NCBI GenBank assembly: GCA_043228905.1
Contig: JBHGNT010000004.1
Coordinates: 11,842,001 to 11,906,000 of the forward strand
Direction: 5' to 3'
Source of the DNA: Azolla caroliniana
Lineage: Eukaryota; Plantae; Polypodiophyta
DNA: 64,000 bases
Each line of letters opens with the position of its first letter. The stretch's first letter is position 1. Made by a program: the position numbers and the translations under genes. Below the pieces are notes generated by a model. That model searched no databases. It worked only from the letters and a program-made list of their open reading frames with translations, and was not told the origin of the DNA. Below, piece by piece: positions 12,594 through 26,399 of the stretch.

Positions 12594-13069
12594 ACAACAA
12601 ATAACAATTCAATTCACTCATAAAATGGAGGTGCAAAAACAGAACACCAAAAAACAAAGCCATTGAGAGAAGCAGAGCATTGAGAGAGAGAGAGAATCTT
12701 CTTCCTTCTTTTTTGCCTTTCCCTCCTCACCTGCTTTTATTTATTTTTGGCCCTTTGCTTTTGCGCTTTAGATTCCTTTTCTTGGCTATTTCTGTGTGTG
12801 TACTGCACTGCAACTACATACATACATTACCACCCATACACATAATACACATCATACATACATGTGTAACATAAATAATATGTATATGTGTACAATGTAC
12901 ATACTTTGTAAGTAAATCATTACATAATTCATACATACTGTATACATACATTACATAATAATATACATACATACATGATCTCCTCTGCCTCCTCCCCCTC
13001 CTTGTGCTGCAGAAGAAGAAAGAAGCAAAGAAGAAGGGGAAGGGGAAGGGGAAGGCAGATCGATCGATC

Positions 13070-13108
13070 AGAAGAAGAAGAAGAAGAAGAAGAAGAAGAA
13101 GAAGAAGA
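13070..13108. repeat. (AAG)n microsatellite immediately before the PEAMT uORF
   Basis: Directly visible. Confidence 0.9.
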
Positions 13109-13114
13109 TCTGTG

Positions 13115-13192
13115 ATGCATCAGAGAGGCCACCCATCCAACCGCCGCTCTCGTAGTTTCTCTCGTTCTCGCATCGCCATTGAAGGATCTTGA
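13115..13192 (+). CDS. Conserved-peptide uORF of PEAMT (XPL1/NMT1 CPuORF-like), MHQRGHPSNRRSRSFSRSRIAIEGS
   Basis: 25-aa ORF ending about 200 nt upstream of the PEAMT ATG. The RRSRSFSRSR.A.EG core matches, from memory, the phosphocholine-responsive uORF of plant PEAMT genes. Confidence 0.9.
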   Translation: MHQRGHPSNRRSRSFSRSRIAIEGS

Positions 13193-13388
13193 AGCCTCTC
13201 ATCTCTCTCATCTCTAATCTCTAATCTCTTTCATCTCTAATCTCTCTCATCTCTTTACGTTTTCGTCTTCCTCTTACTTACTACATACAGTAAGTTGCCT
13301 CCCAAGCTTCCAGATCACAAATTATTTCCTCCACTCTCGAAGCTTGTCTCGTCTCGTCTCGTCTCGTCTCGTCTCGTCTCATCTCCTC

Positions 13389-14466
13389 ATGGATTCCGCA
13401 GGTACTGAACTGTAAACAATCAAACACATTCTATATCATTTAATATATTACCCCTCATCATCATCATCTCTACACCTATTTCTTCTTCTCTCTGCTTAGC
13501 TTTCATACATCACTGACATACTTCATTACAAATCCCTGTGTTTTCGTGGCTCCTCATTTCAAGTTCTGTCTTCAACCTTTTTTCATGCATTAATCTTCAG
13601 GCAACAAATGTATCAATTGATCAAATTGATTCCTGATCTAAATTCTCCATCGATTCTGACATATCCACATATCATGTGAACCATGCTTTACATATATATA
13701 TATACTATATAGTTTAACTCGGTTGTTTTTCGTTTTGTTCTGATTTTCTTATTTATTCGTCCATTAGTGCAAAGGGAGCTTCAACGTGACTATTGGAAGG
13801 AGCATTCTGCTACTCTGAGCGTGGAAGCTATGATGCTCGACAGCCAAGCCTCTAAACTAGATCAAGAAGAAAGGCCAGAGGTCGTTTATCCTATGTCTTT
13901 CTTTTCATTTTTTCTCTTAGTACCTCCTTACATTACATTACCTTTCCTCTCTTGACGAATCATACCCTCTCCTGGTAATTGCGTTTTTCTTTCTTTCTTA
14001 AAATGAATCAATGGTTTTAAACTTCTTCTTCGGCTTCTCCTTCTTTTCTTTGTGATTAATGATCTATTTCTTTCTTAATTCCATGCCAGTCAATCAATCA
14101 GACTGTTACCCTTCTAAGCTTAGTAAGTCATGTGCTCTCTTCTCTGTCTGTGTTCTTAATCCAATCTCATGTGTCTTCCTTTTCTTATCAAATTGGAAAC
14201 CTTGTTTGCTTTTCCTTGCAAGCTTCATAGCACATTAACATGCACATTTGCTCAGGAAGGTTCCGGTTGCTAATCGGTCGTGTTCCTTTTTCCTGCATGA
14301 AGTAAAATATAGGAAATAACGAATTAAGTTTCGTTAAAACTTTTCCATGTGGTTCTGAGGGATTTTGTTAGTCTGGAAAATTTTGATTTGCTGGCTCTAA
14401 TGAAATTTCCCTGTACTACCACATAGTATTTACGCTTTGATACCTTCATTAATTTTCAATTGCGAA

Positions 14467-14549
<83 letters not shown>

Positions 14550-17197
14550 CACTGTCTTGTTGTAATTATGGATTCATGCCCGTGTTCAGTTATTTCGTAC
14601 TCTTCTTGTATATATATGTATGCATGCACCTACTACATTGCTGAGTACTCACTTATGTGTCCTTCCGTGGTATGGTGTGGATTCAGATCCTTGCATCCCT
14701 TCCACCTATCGATGGAAAATCAATCATAGAGCTGGGAGCTGGAATCGGTCGGTTTACAGGGGAATTGGCCAAGCAAGCAGGGTGGATCCTGGCTTGTGAC
14801 TTCATGGAAAATGCCATCAAGAAGGTGCTTGATTGAAACATAATATATGTATATATATATATATATCTTCGTTTAATTGCGATCTAATTATGTAAGATGT
14901 GAACATAAGATCATTTGATTTAAGCATCCAAATTCATAAGATCTAATTATATGTGACTCGGGATGCTGCGAATTTTCAGAATGAGGAAACACATGGCCAT
15001 TATGGAAATGCTGAATTTATTTGTGCTGATGTCACATCAAGTGAAAGCTTGAAGGTGTTACCGAACACTGTGGATCTTGTCTTCTCAAATTGGCTTCTTA
15101 TGTATTTATCAGATGAAGAGGTGAGTCAAAAATTAATTAAGTAGATTCTTTAGCAGTATGGAAACAAATCGTATTTATTACTGTGCCTTAGTTTTATTAT
15201 CTGTCATGCAAAGGTTGAAGATCTGGCAAAGAGAATGGTGACATGGGTTAAGAGAGGTGGTCACATTTTCTTCCGCGAGTCTTGCTTCCATCAATCTGGA
15301 GACCGCAAGAGAAAGCTGAATCCCACACATTACCGCCAACCCAGTTTCTATTTGAAGGTTCCAATTTGTCATCGTCATCTTTTATACCAGTAATACTACT
15401 ACTTAAATAATCGATTTTTAATGCTTCTCTTGAATGACCGTGTATCATGTAGGTTTTCCAAGAATGTATCATCACTGAGAGCGATGGTAGCCATTCAGGG
15501 TTTCAACTCATAAGCTGTAAATGTGTCAATGCGTATGTGCTCAGCAAACGCAACCAAAACCAGGTATGCCCACTTGCTAATCATACATAATAAGCCTTTA
15601 GGATATTTAAATGTAGCTGTCAAAATTGATTTTTAGGTCACTGTCAAAATTGCGTTTATATGAGATTGATGAGCTTTAATTTAAACATGGGACCTGCAGA
15701 TCTGCTGGCTTTGGCAAAAAGTTGAGGCTGAAGACCCAGGGGAAAGGGGCTTCCAACGATTCTTGGATACATCACAATATACACTGAATGGAATCTTGCG
15801 ATATGAGTGGATCTTTGGCGAAGGTTATGTCAGCACTGGTGGAAAAGGTTGTATGTAGGAATTATCGATAACATTCTGCTCTCTGATCTGTGCTTTTAAC
15901 TTGTTGTATATGTGGAGCTCAAAAAAGAATGGATGTTACATTTTGTACAGAGACCACCGAGGAATTCGTGAAATTGCTGGACCTACAAGCAGGACAGAGA
16001 GTCCTAGATATTGGTTGTGGCATTGGTGGGGGAGATTTCTACATGTCAGAAACGTTTGATGTGAGTGTTGTGGGCATAGATCTCTCTGTGAATATGATAT
16101 CCATAGCTTTGGAACGAGCGATCGGACGGCAGTGCCAAGTGCAGTTCGAAATAGCCGACTGTACTACAGAAGAGTTTCAAGCTGGCTATTTCGATGTCAT
16201 CTACTCTCGTGACACTCTTCTACACATCCAAGTAATAAATACTCCCTTCATTTAGCATGCATTTTTTTAATATTTGTTCGCAGCCAAAATGAAGGGAAGG
16301 GAAGGTACATGGATTTTCGACTTTGTCCCACAAGTTTCTCTTTAAATAATTTCAGGACAAACCATCACTCTTCAAGAAGATGAGCAAATGGCTGAAAGCA
16401 GGTGGGAAAGTACTCATCACTGACTACTGCAGATCCTCGGATGCTGGCTCTCCGGAATTCGCGAAATACATCAAACAAAGAGGATATGATTTGCATGACG
16501 TAAAGACATATGGGCAGGTATCTTCTATATTTACTTCCAACCATCGATGGATGGATGGCTTATTTTGTCTAAACGATCATGCCTTCTTTACTGTATTTAT
16601 CTACTATCGATGTTTGTTTATGACAGATGCTCGAAGATGCAGGATTTATAGATGTCATTGCAGAGGATCGGACAACACAGGTGGTGTGTGTGTGTGTGTG
16701 TTTCTTTTCATGTATCAACCCATTGTGGGTAAATGGCTATTTGATTGCTTTGCTTCTCTGACGGAATATGGATGGATGGGTCTTCTTGCAGTTTATGGAT
16801 GTGTTGCACAAGGAGCTTGTTTCCTTTGAAAAGAGTAAAGACTCTTTCTTGCAGCACTTCTCTGAGGTGAATGGGGAGGGAGCTTCTTCTGATCATCAAG
16901 CTAATCATTAAAAATATATACATATACATATATGTAAATATACATACATACATACATACATATATTACATACACACACAAACACACAAATACATATGTAT
17001 ATATCGTTGAAGTAATCTCCTTGCAACTTCTCACTTCGTTTGCCTCATTTTATATTTTTCTTCTGTTTGTCTCTTGGCCAATGGCGCAGGAGGATTATGA
17101 TGCTATTCTATCAGGATGGAGGAAAAAGTTAGAGAGATGCAACAATGGCGAGCAAAGGTGGGGTTTGTTTACAGCCACAAAAAGCCCTTCACTATAG
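13389..17197 (+). CDS. PEAMT: Phosphoethanolamine N-methyltransferase (two SAM-dependent MT domains), 12 coding exons
   Basis: GT-AG exons 13389-13401, 13768-13880, 14687-14824, 14980-15120, 15214-15357, 15453-15563, 15700-15847, 15951-16231, 16356-16517, 16627-16680, 16792-16866, 17090-17197. Motifs [71 protein letters not shown]. Confidence 0.97.
14470..14552. repeat. (CT)n(CA)n microsatellite in PEAMT intron 2
   Basis: Directly visible. Confidence 0.9.
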
Positions 17198-18833
17198 GAT
17201 CTGGGACAAAGCTTCATCATAGGAACTCGGTTACTCCGGTTGGGCTACCCTCATTTGTTGGGGTATTATGCTCATTTGAAATGGTGGCTGACTTGCACTG
17301 TGGTTGAATAAACTTTAGATTTGTTTTAGTTGAATAATGCCGAGCTTGATACAAGGGTCGATGCTGGACAGTTGTAATTGGGCACACTAATTTAGTTTTA
17401 TTTTTTACTTCTGGTATTAATGCTCCAAATTGGTACACTAGTAGAACTAGGACCCACTTCTTATCATGTACATATATCATTAAAAGTTAAAAGAGTTATG
17501 CCCCATTTTAGGGTGCCATTTCACCATTCGAATAATATTCTATATAGATAAATATGAGTGCATGGAAAGAAATTGAGATATTGGTTTGTCTCAAATAGCA
17601 AGCTGCTTCCAATTTTGATCCAAAGGAAATGCATGTTGGAAAATCTTGTTATTGAAGGTCTATCCTAGTCCACGCATGCACTCAACACGTATTTGCTTTT
17701 GCTTTGTGATGGGATCTCATTCAATACCCTATCCTCAGATATTGTAGAGTTATGCCATCAATCATATCGGATCCTATCCCAATGTAATTCTTCATGGTTT
17801 GGTCATATGCATAGCCAATAAAGCCTCTCAAATGGTTATCCCACTAAGACATGAACCTCTAGTACATAGCAAGTTCTCAAATGTTTCTAAAATCCTCTTT
17901 AATAGTCGTCCCCCTATATGAGGAAATTCCAACACATCCTTGTGAAGTCTTTAGGATATAAAAGTAAGTAGTATGGGATATGTAAGTTGAGTATGCCATT
18001 AACAATAATAGTTTAATATTCTTTGAAGGCAAATGGTATAAGAATTGTGTAATGGTTACAAACTAACTAGAACATACTCATGAGTCATGCCTTGAATAAT
18101 ACTATGTTTATGGTGTGTGCACATACATATGTGAAAGGCACTTTTTGTCCTTCTCAAGACTATGGTTCACCATATAGCCATCAAGAAGTGTCGTCCCATT
18201 TCTCATTTATGTTCTTCATCAACGTCAATTGATGAGTTCATTTTGATTTTGTAATACATAATTCTACTATTGCATTGTTAGGGAACACATAGGTAATATT
18301 AGTCTTAGCCTTTGTGTTAGGGGTAATTTTGGCATTATCCATCCTTTGTAATTTAATATATACCACCTTTTAATAAAACTCGGTAAATGACATAGATATG
18401 CATCCCATGTCTAAATTAATTATTTAATATTTTCCATAATGCATGTAATATTTCTACTAAAGTATTAATTAGAAATAGTTTGAATTGTAATAAATAGCAC
18501 TACAATTAGTGAGTTTTTTTTTCCAAAAAAAACTCCTTCCATTAGTTATAAAGATTTTACAAATGACATTATTATATACAAATCCCTATAGGGACACGAT
18601 AGGTCCATCTTATGTGGATGCCCACTGCTTCAAGAAAGGGAGAGGACGACCATTGTTGGATAAAGGCTAGTCATTGTCTTTCAACTCTATTGGAGTCGCC
18701 CAACAATTAGTGAGTTGATGTATCAATCAATGAAATACTAAGAATTACAATAAGTAGTACTGATAAAAATTTGCAATCAACTCTAAACACACGCTAGTAG
18801 GTTTAATTTGTACAATAGTACAATGGGTTACGG

Positions 18834-19555
18834 TGTCGTGCCTTTCGGCTCCGGATCGTTTGCGTGAGTCGGGTGGGAACCACCGGGGTTTTGGACTAGG
18901 AGAAAGAAAAATATAAATAAGGCTAGTAAAGAATAGGTATAAAGAGTTATAAGATAAGAATCTCGTGAATCCCACGAGTTTAGTATATTTAGTCAATGTT
19001 TAGGTAGTAAGAGAGAATTATTTTAGCAAATTCGTGAATCCCACGAATATTTTAGATTGATTGATCATTATAGAAAAATAATAAACAAAAACTACAATGT
19101 GCTCCCCATCCTTATATAGTGATGGGAGAGACTAAGCATAGCTACATGCTTTTTCTAATATGTTCATGCACACTAAATGTGCATGTGATGCTTTTCTAAT
19201 CCTTGCTTTTATTTGCTAAATATAGTGCTCATGCACGCTAGATATGCATGAGTAACTTTTTAGTTGCTTGCGATTTTCTATAAAATATTCACGCACTCTA
19301 AAAATGCATGATTTACCTTTTAATAAAGGTAGGCGCAAATAAAGCACTTATAGTTATTAAATCTATTTGTAGAACTTTAAAGATAAGGTAGTATAATGGT
19401 AAAGTTGAGGTTTTGCTATGTGGATGTACAAGGTTCAAATCTTGCCCTATGCACGTGATAAATATCTTGATATTCTTATTTTATTTATTTATATGTAATT
19501 AAATCGGTTATATTATTTTTACTTTTTCACGTAGTGTACGAGATACACTACGACA
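18834..19555 (-). mobile_element. Solo LTR of the A/D-type gypsy family (722 bp)
   Basis: TGTCG..CGACA termini. 4-bp TSD ACGG (18830-18833 / 19556-19559). The reverse complement of the left end (GTCCAAAACCCCGGTGGTTCC..CACGACA) matches the U5 end of D's LTR. Confidence 0.88.
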
Positions 19556-22025
19556 ACGGGTACAAAGTGAAATATGTTTAAGAGTACAAAGGGTAGAACC
19601 ATTATTGCTTCCAACATGGGGAAAATATCAATGTTTTCCATATATGTAACTTATAGGCTTGCCGACACAGCATGTGCATGGTGCATACATGTCCTCTAAA
19701 ACAAAGAGAGAAGTTAATAAAGCGTAGAAGTCATTTATGTATTTACAATGATGGGAAAGAGAGGAGAGAAGGAACTCACGTCTTCCAACGATGGAACTTT
19801 TGAGAAGGGAGCAAATTCTTGTGGTGTACAAAGCGTTCATGTTGCATGGTATTTTTAAACAAATTACAAACTTACTCTATTGTTTTCTAGCTCAAGAATC
19901 ACCAAAAGTAGAGAGTAGAACCACCAGATGACGTATTCAAGCAAGAAAAATAGTAGATTCTTTAAAGTTTTGAATATAAGACAAAATCACCTACCAAGCT
20001 CAATGCCATTGCATTTCCATAATTCTATTCATTTTTTGAGTTTGGGGTCATCCACCTTCTCTACTTTGAGTGGGTGCGAATCTCTAGGTGCCCTAGAATC
20101 CTTCCAACTCCACTAGGAAACACTTTTGTTTCTAAGGTTATGATTCATCTAACTCAATGAATGAACTTCCCGGGAATCCCCCATCATTTAAAACTTGCTA
20201 CGATAAACCTTCAAAATTGATACATCATGAAAAGTCATATGATTTTGGCGCCTTAAACCTGTTAAGGCTATTGCTATCAAATTTCATAGAGCAAATAAAA
20301 GGGTAATCTAGAGGGGCACATAGTTTTTATTGGAGACATTTTGCTAGCTCCCAAATGACGCATGTCAATTTAACATGCTTAAAATAGTTCATAACTATAC
20401 CTAAACATAGAGAAATTTAGTTTTCGAAGTTGGAACCTCTAAATAGATAACAAGACGTGCATAAGTGTTTTGTCATTTCCCCATAGATACCCCTCCATGG
20501 TAAACAATAGTTATACCATTGGCAAAACAATGCACGTTAAAATAAGATGGTAGATCTGACGCATTGAAAGTAAACAAGATCCTTGATGATCCACAGAAGG
20601 CAAAAGAAGAGAGGTATCCATGCTACAAGTTTAAAGGAAAATGGTTGCTGTCAAGGTTCATTACCTAGCTCTCTATGCAAATTTGTAATTGTTTTATTGT
20701 AGAATTTGATTTGCATACAACGATAGAATATTAAGAGTTAAATAATGCATGAATGATAAATTTGTTGTAAAACTCCAACCACTATATATATTAAACATGT
20801 TGAGATGTATGGTCTTGCTATTTTGAGATTCTTACGGTTCGCCATGATGAAGTAGAGGGAGGATTTCCATGGAGAAATTGAAATGGTGAGCATTTGAAAC
20901 TAGAATGAGAAAGGACAATTAAGTAGAATTGTGACCTAGTTGATGCATAAAAAGAATTGTGGTGAAAAAGGGCAAGCAAAAAGTGAATTTAAGAAAAAAC
21001 TTTTAAGGTTTCCTTGTTTTGGTTTCACATCAAGATAATTGCAAGGCAACACATAGACTTTTTTGAGTGTATGACATCAAATTCAGATTTGTCGTAAAAA
21101 ACAAAAAGTGCTTGTTTTAAAGCTTACCCCCTATAGATGCTAACATACGGTTGCACTGGACTTAGCAATTGTGATGAAAGTTCACCAATATAAGCTTCTA
21201 AATCAACAAATTGATATAGTAAGACTTGTATCTTACAATGAAGATCTAGTAGCAAAGACAATGAAGGAATAAAATGAATTTAATTACTTTCATGAGCTAT
21301 CCTTATACATGCCGAAGTGAAAGACATAGAGAAGTCATACAATTCAAGATCCAAGAGAAAGAAGAGGAAGAAAATAGAGCATATGAGAGAAGCATGGCAC
21401 ACAAATCTAACCTATAAGAAGATAAGGCATTCATTAGAACATAAGCAGAAATAAGAGTATCGTGAACGACAAATAACCCAATGAGGACAACACTAGTGAC
21501 ATTCTTGAAGTCATTGATCAATCTTCAAGCTTTATCCCATGCTCTCGTAATGAGGTATCTAAAAAATACATAAAGATTGATAATGATTTTAGTTTTGGTC
21601 AAATTGATTGACAAGGACAAACTCATGAACTTGGAAGATGTATAGACTTGGAATACATGAAATTGTATGGACTTATTACAATTACATGGGAAAGTTCACC
21701 CTTTCTTTCCACATGTATTTGGAACAACCATTCGAATAGGGAATCCTTTGGATCTGGCTCCCAATGTCAATCACACCCATAATTATGCTGAATACATTCC
21801 AAATAAATGACTAGAGAGCATAATGCCCAAGGTGCCTGCCTCAATTGGTCCAATTAATCCTTGTAAGTTGCTATATGCACAAAGCAAAAAGGCCGCATAG
21901 GATCCCCTTCTGAGTAAGCTATCATATGCACAAAAGCAAAAAGGCCTCATAGGATCCCTACAACTACGTGACATGATAAATCTCATGTATGCTTAGATTA
22001 ATGTGTGTAGGTAGAAGTAGACAAC

Positions 22026-22436
22026 CTTATTTTATTCCCACAATATTGCATGCAATATCTAATAATCCTCCTCGCCATTCATATGTGAGTGTACATTTAT
22101 TGCAAGGTTATTATCTGAAATCAGCTTTAAGATACCCCAATTCATTTTAGAAATGATAAGAACTCATTCCAAGACCCCTACTCAGTAATTACACTCAATG
22201 TGAGTGTACATTTATAAGCAACATGCACAAACATAGGCATGCATGTACATACAAACTTGAATAAGACTAAATAATTTCAAGATGTAAGATAACAACCGAA
22301 AGTAAAATTGTAGTTTTACAAAGTAATTGCGAGTAATGGATGTGATCAAGTCCTGTCAATAATAAATGTACACTCACATATGAATGGCGAGGATGATTAT
22401 TAGATATTGCATGCAATATTGTGGGAATGAAATAAG
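22026..22436. repeat. About 76-bp inverted repeat (arms 22026-22101 and 22361-22436) with a spacer of about 260 bp
   Basis: CTTATTTTATTCCCACAATATTGCATGCAATATCTAATAATCCTCCTCGCCATTCATATGTGAGTGTACATTTATT and its near-perfect reverse complement. Confidence 0.9.
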
Positions 22437-23094
22437 TTAATCTCTAAATCTCAAAGACCCTGTACAAGCAGAAGCTTGTTGGGAACCAAATTAATTTTGA
22501 GGTACATATTGGGCAAATATTCGTGATGCAAATCAAGCATCTAACAAGGAGTGATATTTACAAAAGAGAAAAGTTTGCATGTCTAATGAATTTTGTAAAG
22601 CTAATTAGTAATTCAAATATTACAAAGAAACATCCAAGAGTTCAAAGAATGTGAGCATCAATCACGATGAAGACATGTACTGAAGTGTTGTATGGTGCAC
22701 ATTTTACATATTCTTGAAGTGATTCATCCTCCCTGTTAAAAGTTATTCAATTTAGTTGATACAAGTCTTATATTGATTACCTACAAATCTCAGATGTATT
22801 TGCCACAGGAAAGATCTAAACAAAAAAGAGGTGAAACCAGAGAAGAATACTTCTGTTGACAGATGTTTAAACGGAGTTATTAGCATCCTACAATGAGAAG
22901 AATGAAAAGTTTTCCTTGTCTTGAGCTGTTTACTTTCCTCATCCAAGAGTCAATCGATACTTTCCTCTTATTTGTAATGCAGAAAACTACAAACTTCATA
23001 TCAACCACTTGAACAAACAGTAACAAATTATGGCATGATAAAAGTTTTTCTTTTTCTTTTTGGACATATACTCTTTGACTGATTCCTCTCAAAT

Positions 23095-25460
23095 TTAAGG
23101 TGATGGGAAGAGAGATTGCTTCAATTTTTCAGCCTCCAAATATGCTGTTGAATATGGTAGAAACTCACAAGAATGCATCTTCGCAACATGGCGCATCTTC
23201 TCAGCCAATAATTTGATGTTATGTACTTCATCATATGTCAGCTGACGCACAAACCTCGCAGGGTTACCTGCCCATAATTCTCCAGCTGGAATCCTTCTGC
23301 CTGGTGGTAGCACAGTTCCTGACTCTAGGATGGCATTGGTCTCCACAAGAGAACCTTCCATTAGAACACATCGCTGCCCAATGAGCACTTCATCTTCTAT
23401 AACACATGACCTCAATGTTGAAAAGGCTCCAATTGTTACATACTTGCCAACATCAGTCTCTGCTGGAAGACCTGTTCAACGACATCAAGTGAAACTAAGT
23501 GATTGTTGAGCAAAATCTAATATTTCATAACAATTGAATTGATTTCTCACAGAAATTTACAATTTGTGCAGACACTGTAAAGATATGCTTTTATGCCACT
23601 AAATCTAGATCTAATTATTTTTGTTCCATATAAGGTAATGTTTTTTATACAGTGTTACAGACATTTGCTCACTGCAAAATTATCCATACAGAGTCAAGCA
23701 ATAGGAAACAAGCGTCTGCCATATAGGCGAGGGGAAGAATCACAAGATTGCATACCACCCTCTCTTAGGATGAGTGGACGAAAGATGGCAGTGATCATGG
23801 ATATAGTATTGCCATTAAAAGCTGTTGTTTTTTAACTTCACAACAAGCTCGTAGAGCAGATTTTAAAACGGCAAAAAAAAACTTGTTGGCTCAGCTATTT
23901 GAGATGCTATAATAGCATGGCTCCCTTGAAACCCCTTGAAGATCTGAATTGTGCAGGCCATGAAAGCCAGGTTTCATGACATTCTCTTCCAATGTCTTGC
24001 AACTAACAGCAACGCTATTAAACAAGCTATTCGATTTTTTTTTTCTCAGGTATATAAATTGTGGAAGCAGAAACGTATACTTTCATGTCATTCTTTTCCA
24101 GTGATCATATAGAGTTGTGTCTAAAACCTATGGTCCAGAGCTCACACCAACAACTGGGGGCACAGTGTAATATAAGTATGAACATCATCTGGCATTCCAA
24201 AATCTTTGACCTTACCCTTAATGAGAATGTTTCTCTACATAACTCTAGATTTTTAATGAAAATAATGCACACAAAAACTGCCCAGGATCTGAGCTAATGT
24301 GTAGTATTTGGTTGGGGAAAAGGGCCTGACATGACCTATGCCATGGGTTTAAACATCTCATCAAGTCCTCGGGTCAAAACAGCAAAGATTTTTTTTTTCG
24401 CTAACTATGCTATGGTTTTAGAATATCATGTAAAGCTCTTAGAGCAAAACAGCAGAGAAGAACAGAGTTTCTTCTGTGATGTAGGTAGGGCCTATGTTTT
24501 AAATCATTGTCTTAAGGAAGAAAACATTTCTATGTCTTTTAATAAGCTATGCGATGGCTTTTAAACATCTCACAAAGCTTTTTAACGGCAAAAACTATCT
24601 CATCAACATGAGAAGAGGGAAAGAAGGAAGTGTTTTTGATTTTGGAAACATTTTACAAGAGAACGTAGACAGACAATGGAAGAAATTATTTCGTTTTGAG
24701 CAAGCTATTGCTATGGTTTTGTAAACATTTTATTGGTCTCTTAAAACACGGAAAAACGGCGTAACATACACCTTTTACAAATGGAATTTCATCAAGATTT
24801 CTTAAAGAAGGCGAAACCAAAGAAGACATTTTGTTTCCCTCCATAAGCTATGTCATGGTGGTCTGCAACAATTTTCATCATCACCATCATCGATCTCTTT
24901 GACGGACCAAAAGAAATAATAAACTTTATTTTTCTTCTTCTTCCTAAATCTATTATGCAAGCATGCTGTCATAGGAACATCTCATCGAAAAGCGATTACA
25001 TACTGTATGTAAAAATACTGAGAGGCAGGCAAGGGAAGTTTTGAAGCTTCTTTGTAACGTACGTACCTGTGGGAGACGTTCTGGCAGCGTGAATAACACA
25101 TTTGTCTTGAACATTGGAAGCGAAGCCAATGGTGATCTTGTTGAGGTCACCGCGGAGGACAGATCCATACCAAACAGATGAAGCATCAAAGACATCAACA
25201 GCGCCAGCGATGAGGGCGTTGGGGGCAACATAGGCGTCCACGGCGATGTAAGGGACGATGTGATGGACAGGAACAACTCTGCGCTGGCCACGATAGTCCC
25301 ACTGCACGTGTCCAGATGCATCCAGGGGAGAAGCGGAATTGTAGGCCCAGAAGGATCTGGAAGGTAGATGATACAGAGGAGGGGGACCACCATGATGATG
25401 TCTGCACACAAAGCCTCGACCTATGGCGCGTCGACCTACAGAAGCCATGGCCATGGCCAT
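23095..25460 (-). CDS. GAMMA-CAL: Gamma carbonic anhydrase-like protein (mitochondrial complex I CA-domain subunit), 2 exons
   Basis: Exon 1 is 25460-25067 (transit peptide, WDYRGQR, DAYVAPN, VLRGDLNKITIG, VIHAA). Exon 2 is 23471-23095 (GLPAET.., hexapeptide repeats, GELWAGNPARF, EFLPYSTAYLE). GT-AG intron in phase 1. Confidence 0.95.
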
Positions 25461-26399
25461 GGATGGAGATGGAGATGGAGATGGAGATGGAGACTACTAC
25501 AAGTACAGACTACACTCGTCGTCTTCGACCCGCTTCTCGCTGTCTTTCTTCCTCTGTGAGAAGGAATGAAGAAGGACCTGCCCCTGCCCCTGCTACACAC
25601 ACACACTCTCTCTCTCTCTCTCTCTTTCTGTCTTCTTTGGTGAAACCACACACACACACACACACAATTACAATTACAATTACAATTACATAGATTATAC
25701 ATATATACATATATAATTATGTATGTATATTAATCAATGTGTGCTACTACTAGGGGGAAGGAGACACAATAGGCGACAAAAACTTGGTTGGAACGGACAC
25801 AATCCGATAATGTAGTTAGAAGAGGGATGGGGGTAACTGAGATTACCCATTCACGATGTCGTGAACAGGCGTGGCATACACAATGGAGAAAAGCACCTTG
25901 AGCCTGAGTTTATTAAAGATTGATGGGCACTCAGAAAGCTAATAATTGAATCAACAAATGAAGATAAGTTAATTGATGAGAGCTTATAGTTGGAATAATA
26001 AGGCATAAGGTTCAAATCTTGTCTCTCATGAGTAATGTAGGGAGATATAAGGTGTGATGTATGATGGAGTGAAAAGGGACAATTTGACTTTGCAATTGTC
26101 AAAAGTCATTATTTTGGTAAGGGGTCCCTTAAAACCAATGAAAGAAGAAGAGCTCATTGCTAGGGATCAACGTTTTGGGAAGGATGCCAAGGCTTTGCAA
26201 ATGGACGAAAGTTTCGTAGGATAGTAAATCAAGAGGGCTCATGCAAGACCTACGACGAGAAAAGGTATGTAATTGTTGATCATGGGCTTGCTATGTTGAA
26301 ACTCGAGAATCTCCTCCTTAACTCTATTGTTTTCCTTGATCACTCACTATCCTAATCATCAAAATCCTATTGTACCCACCACATGTAAAAGAGTTGAGG

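Noticed and set aside
19600-21980. Degenerate transposase or gene, plus a ~45-bp tandem repeat at about 21870-21960
   Set aside because: No sustained ORF, convincing motif or termini could be established by eye.
23800-24860. Recurrent GCTATG/AAGCTAT motifs in the gamma-CAL intron
   Set aside because: Short and irregular, with no termini or TSD. Possibly an old TE remnant but unsupported.
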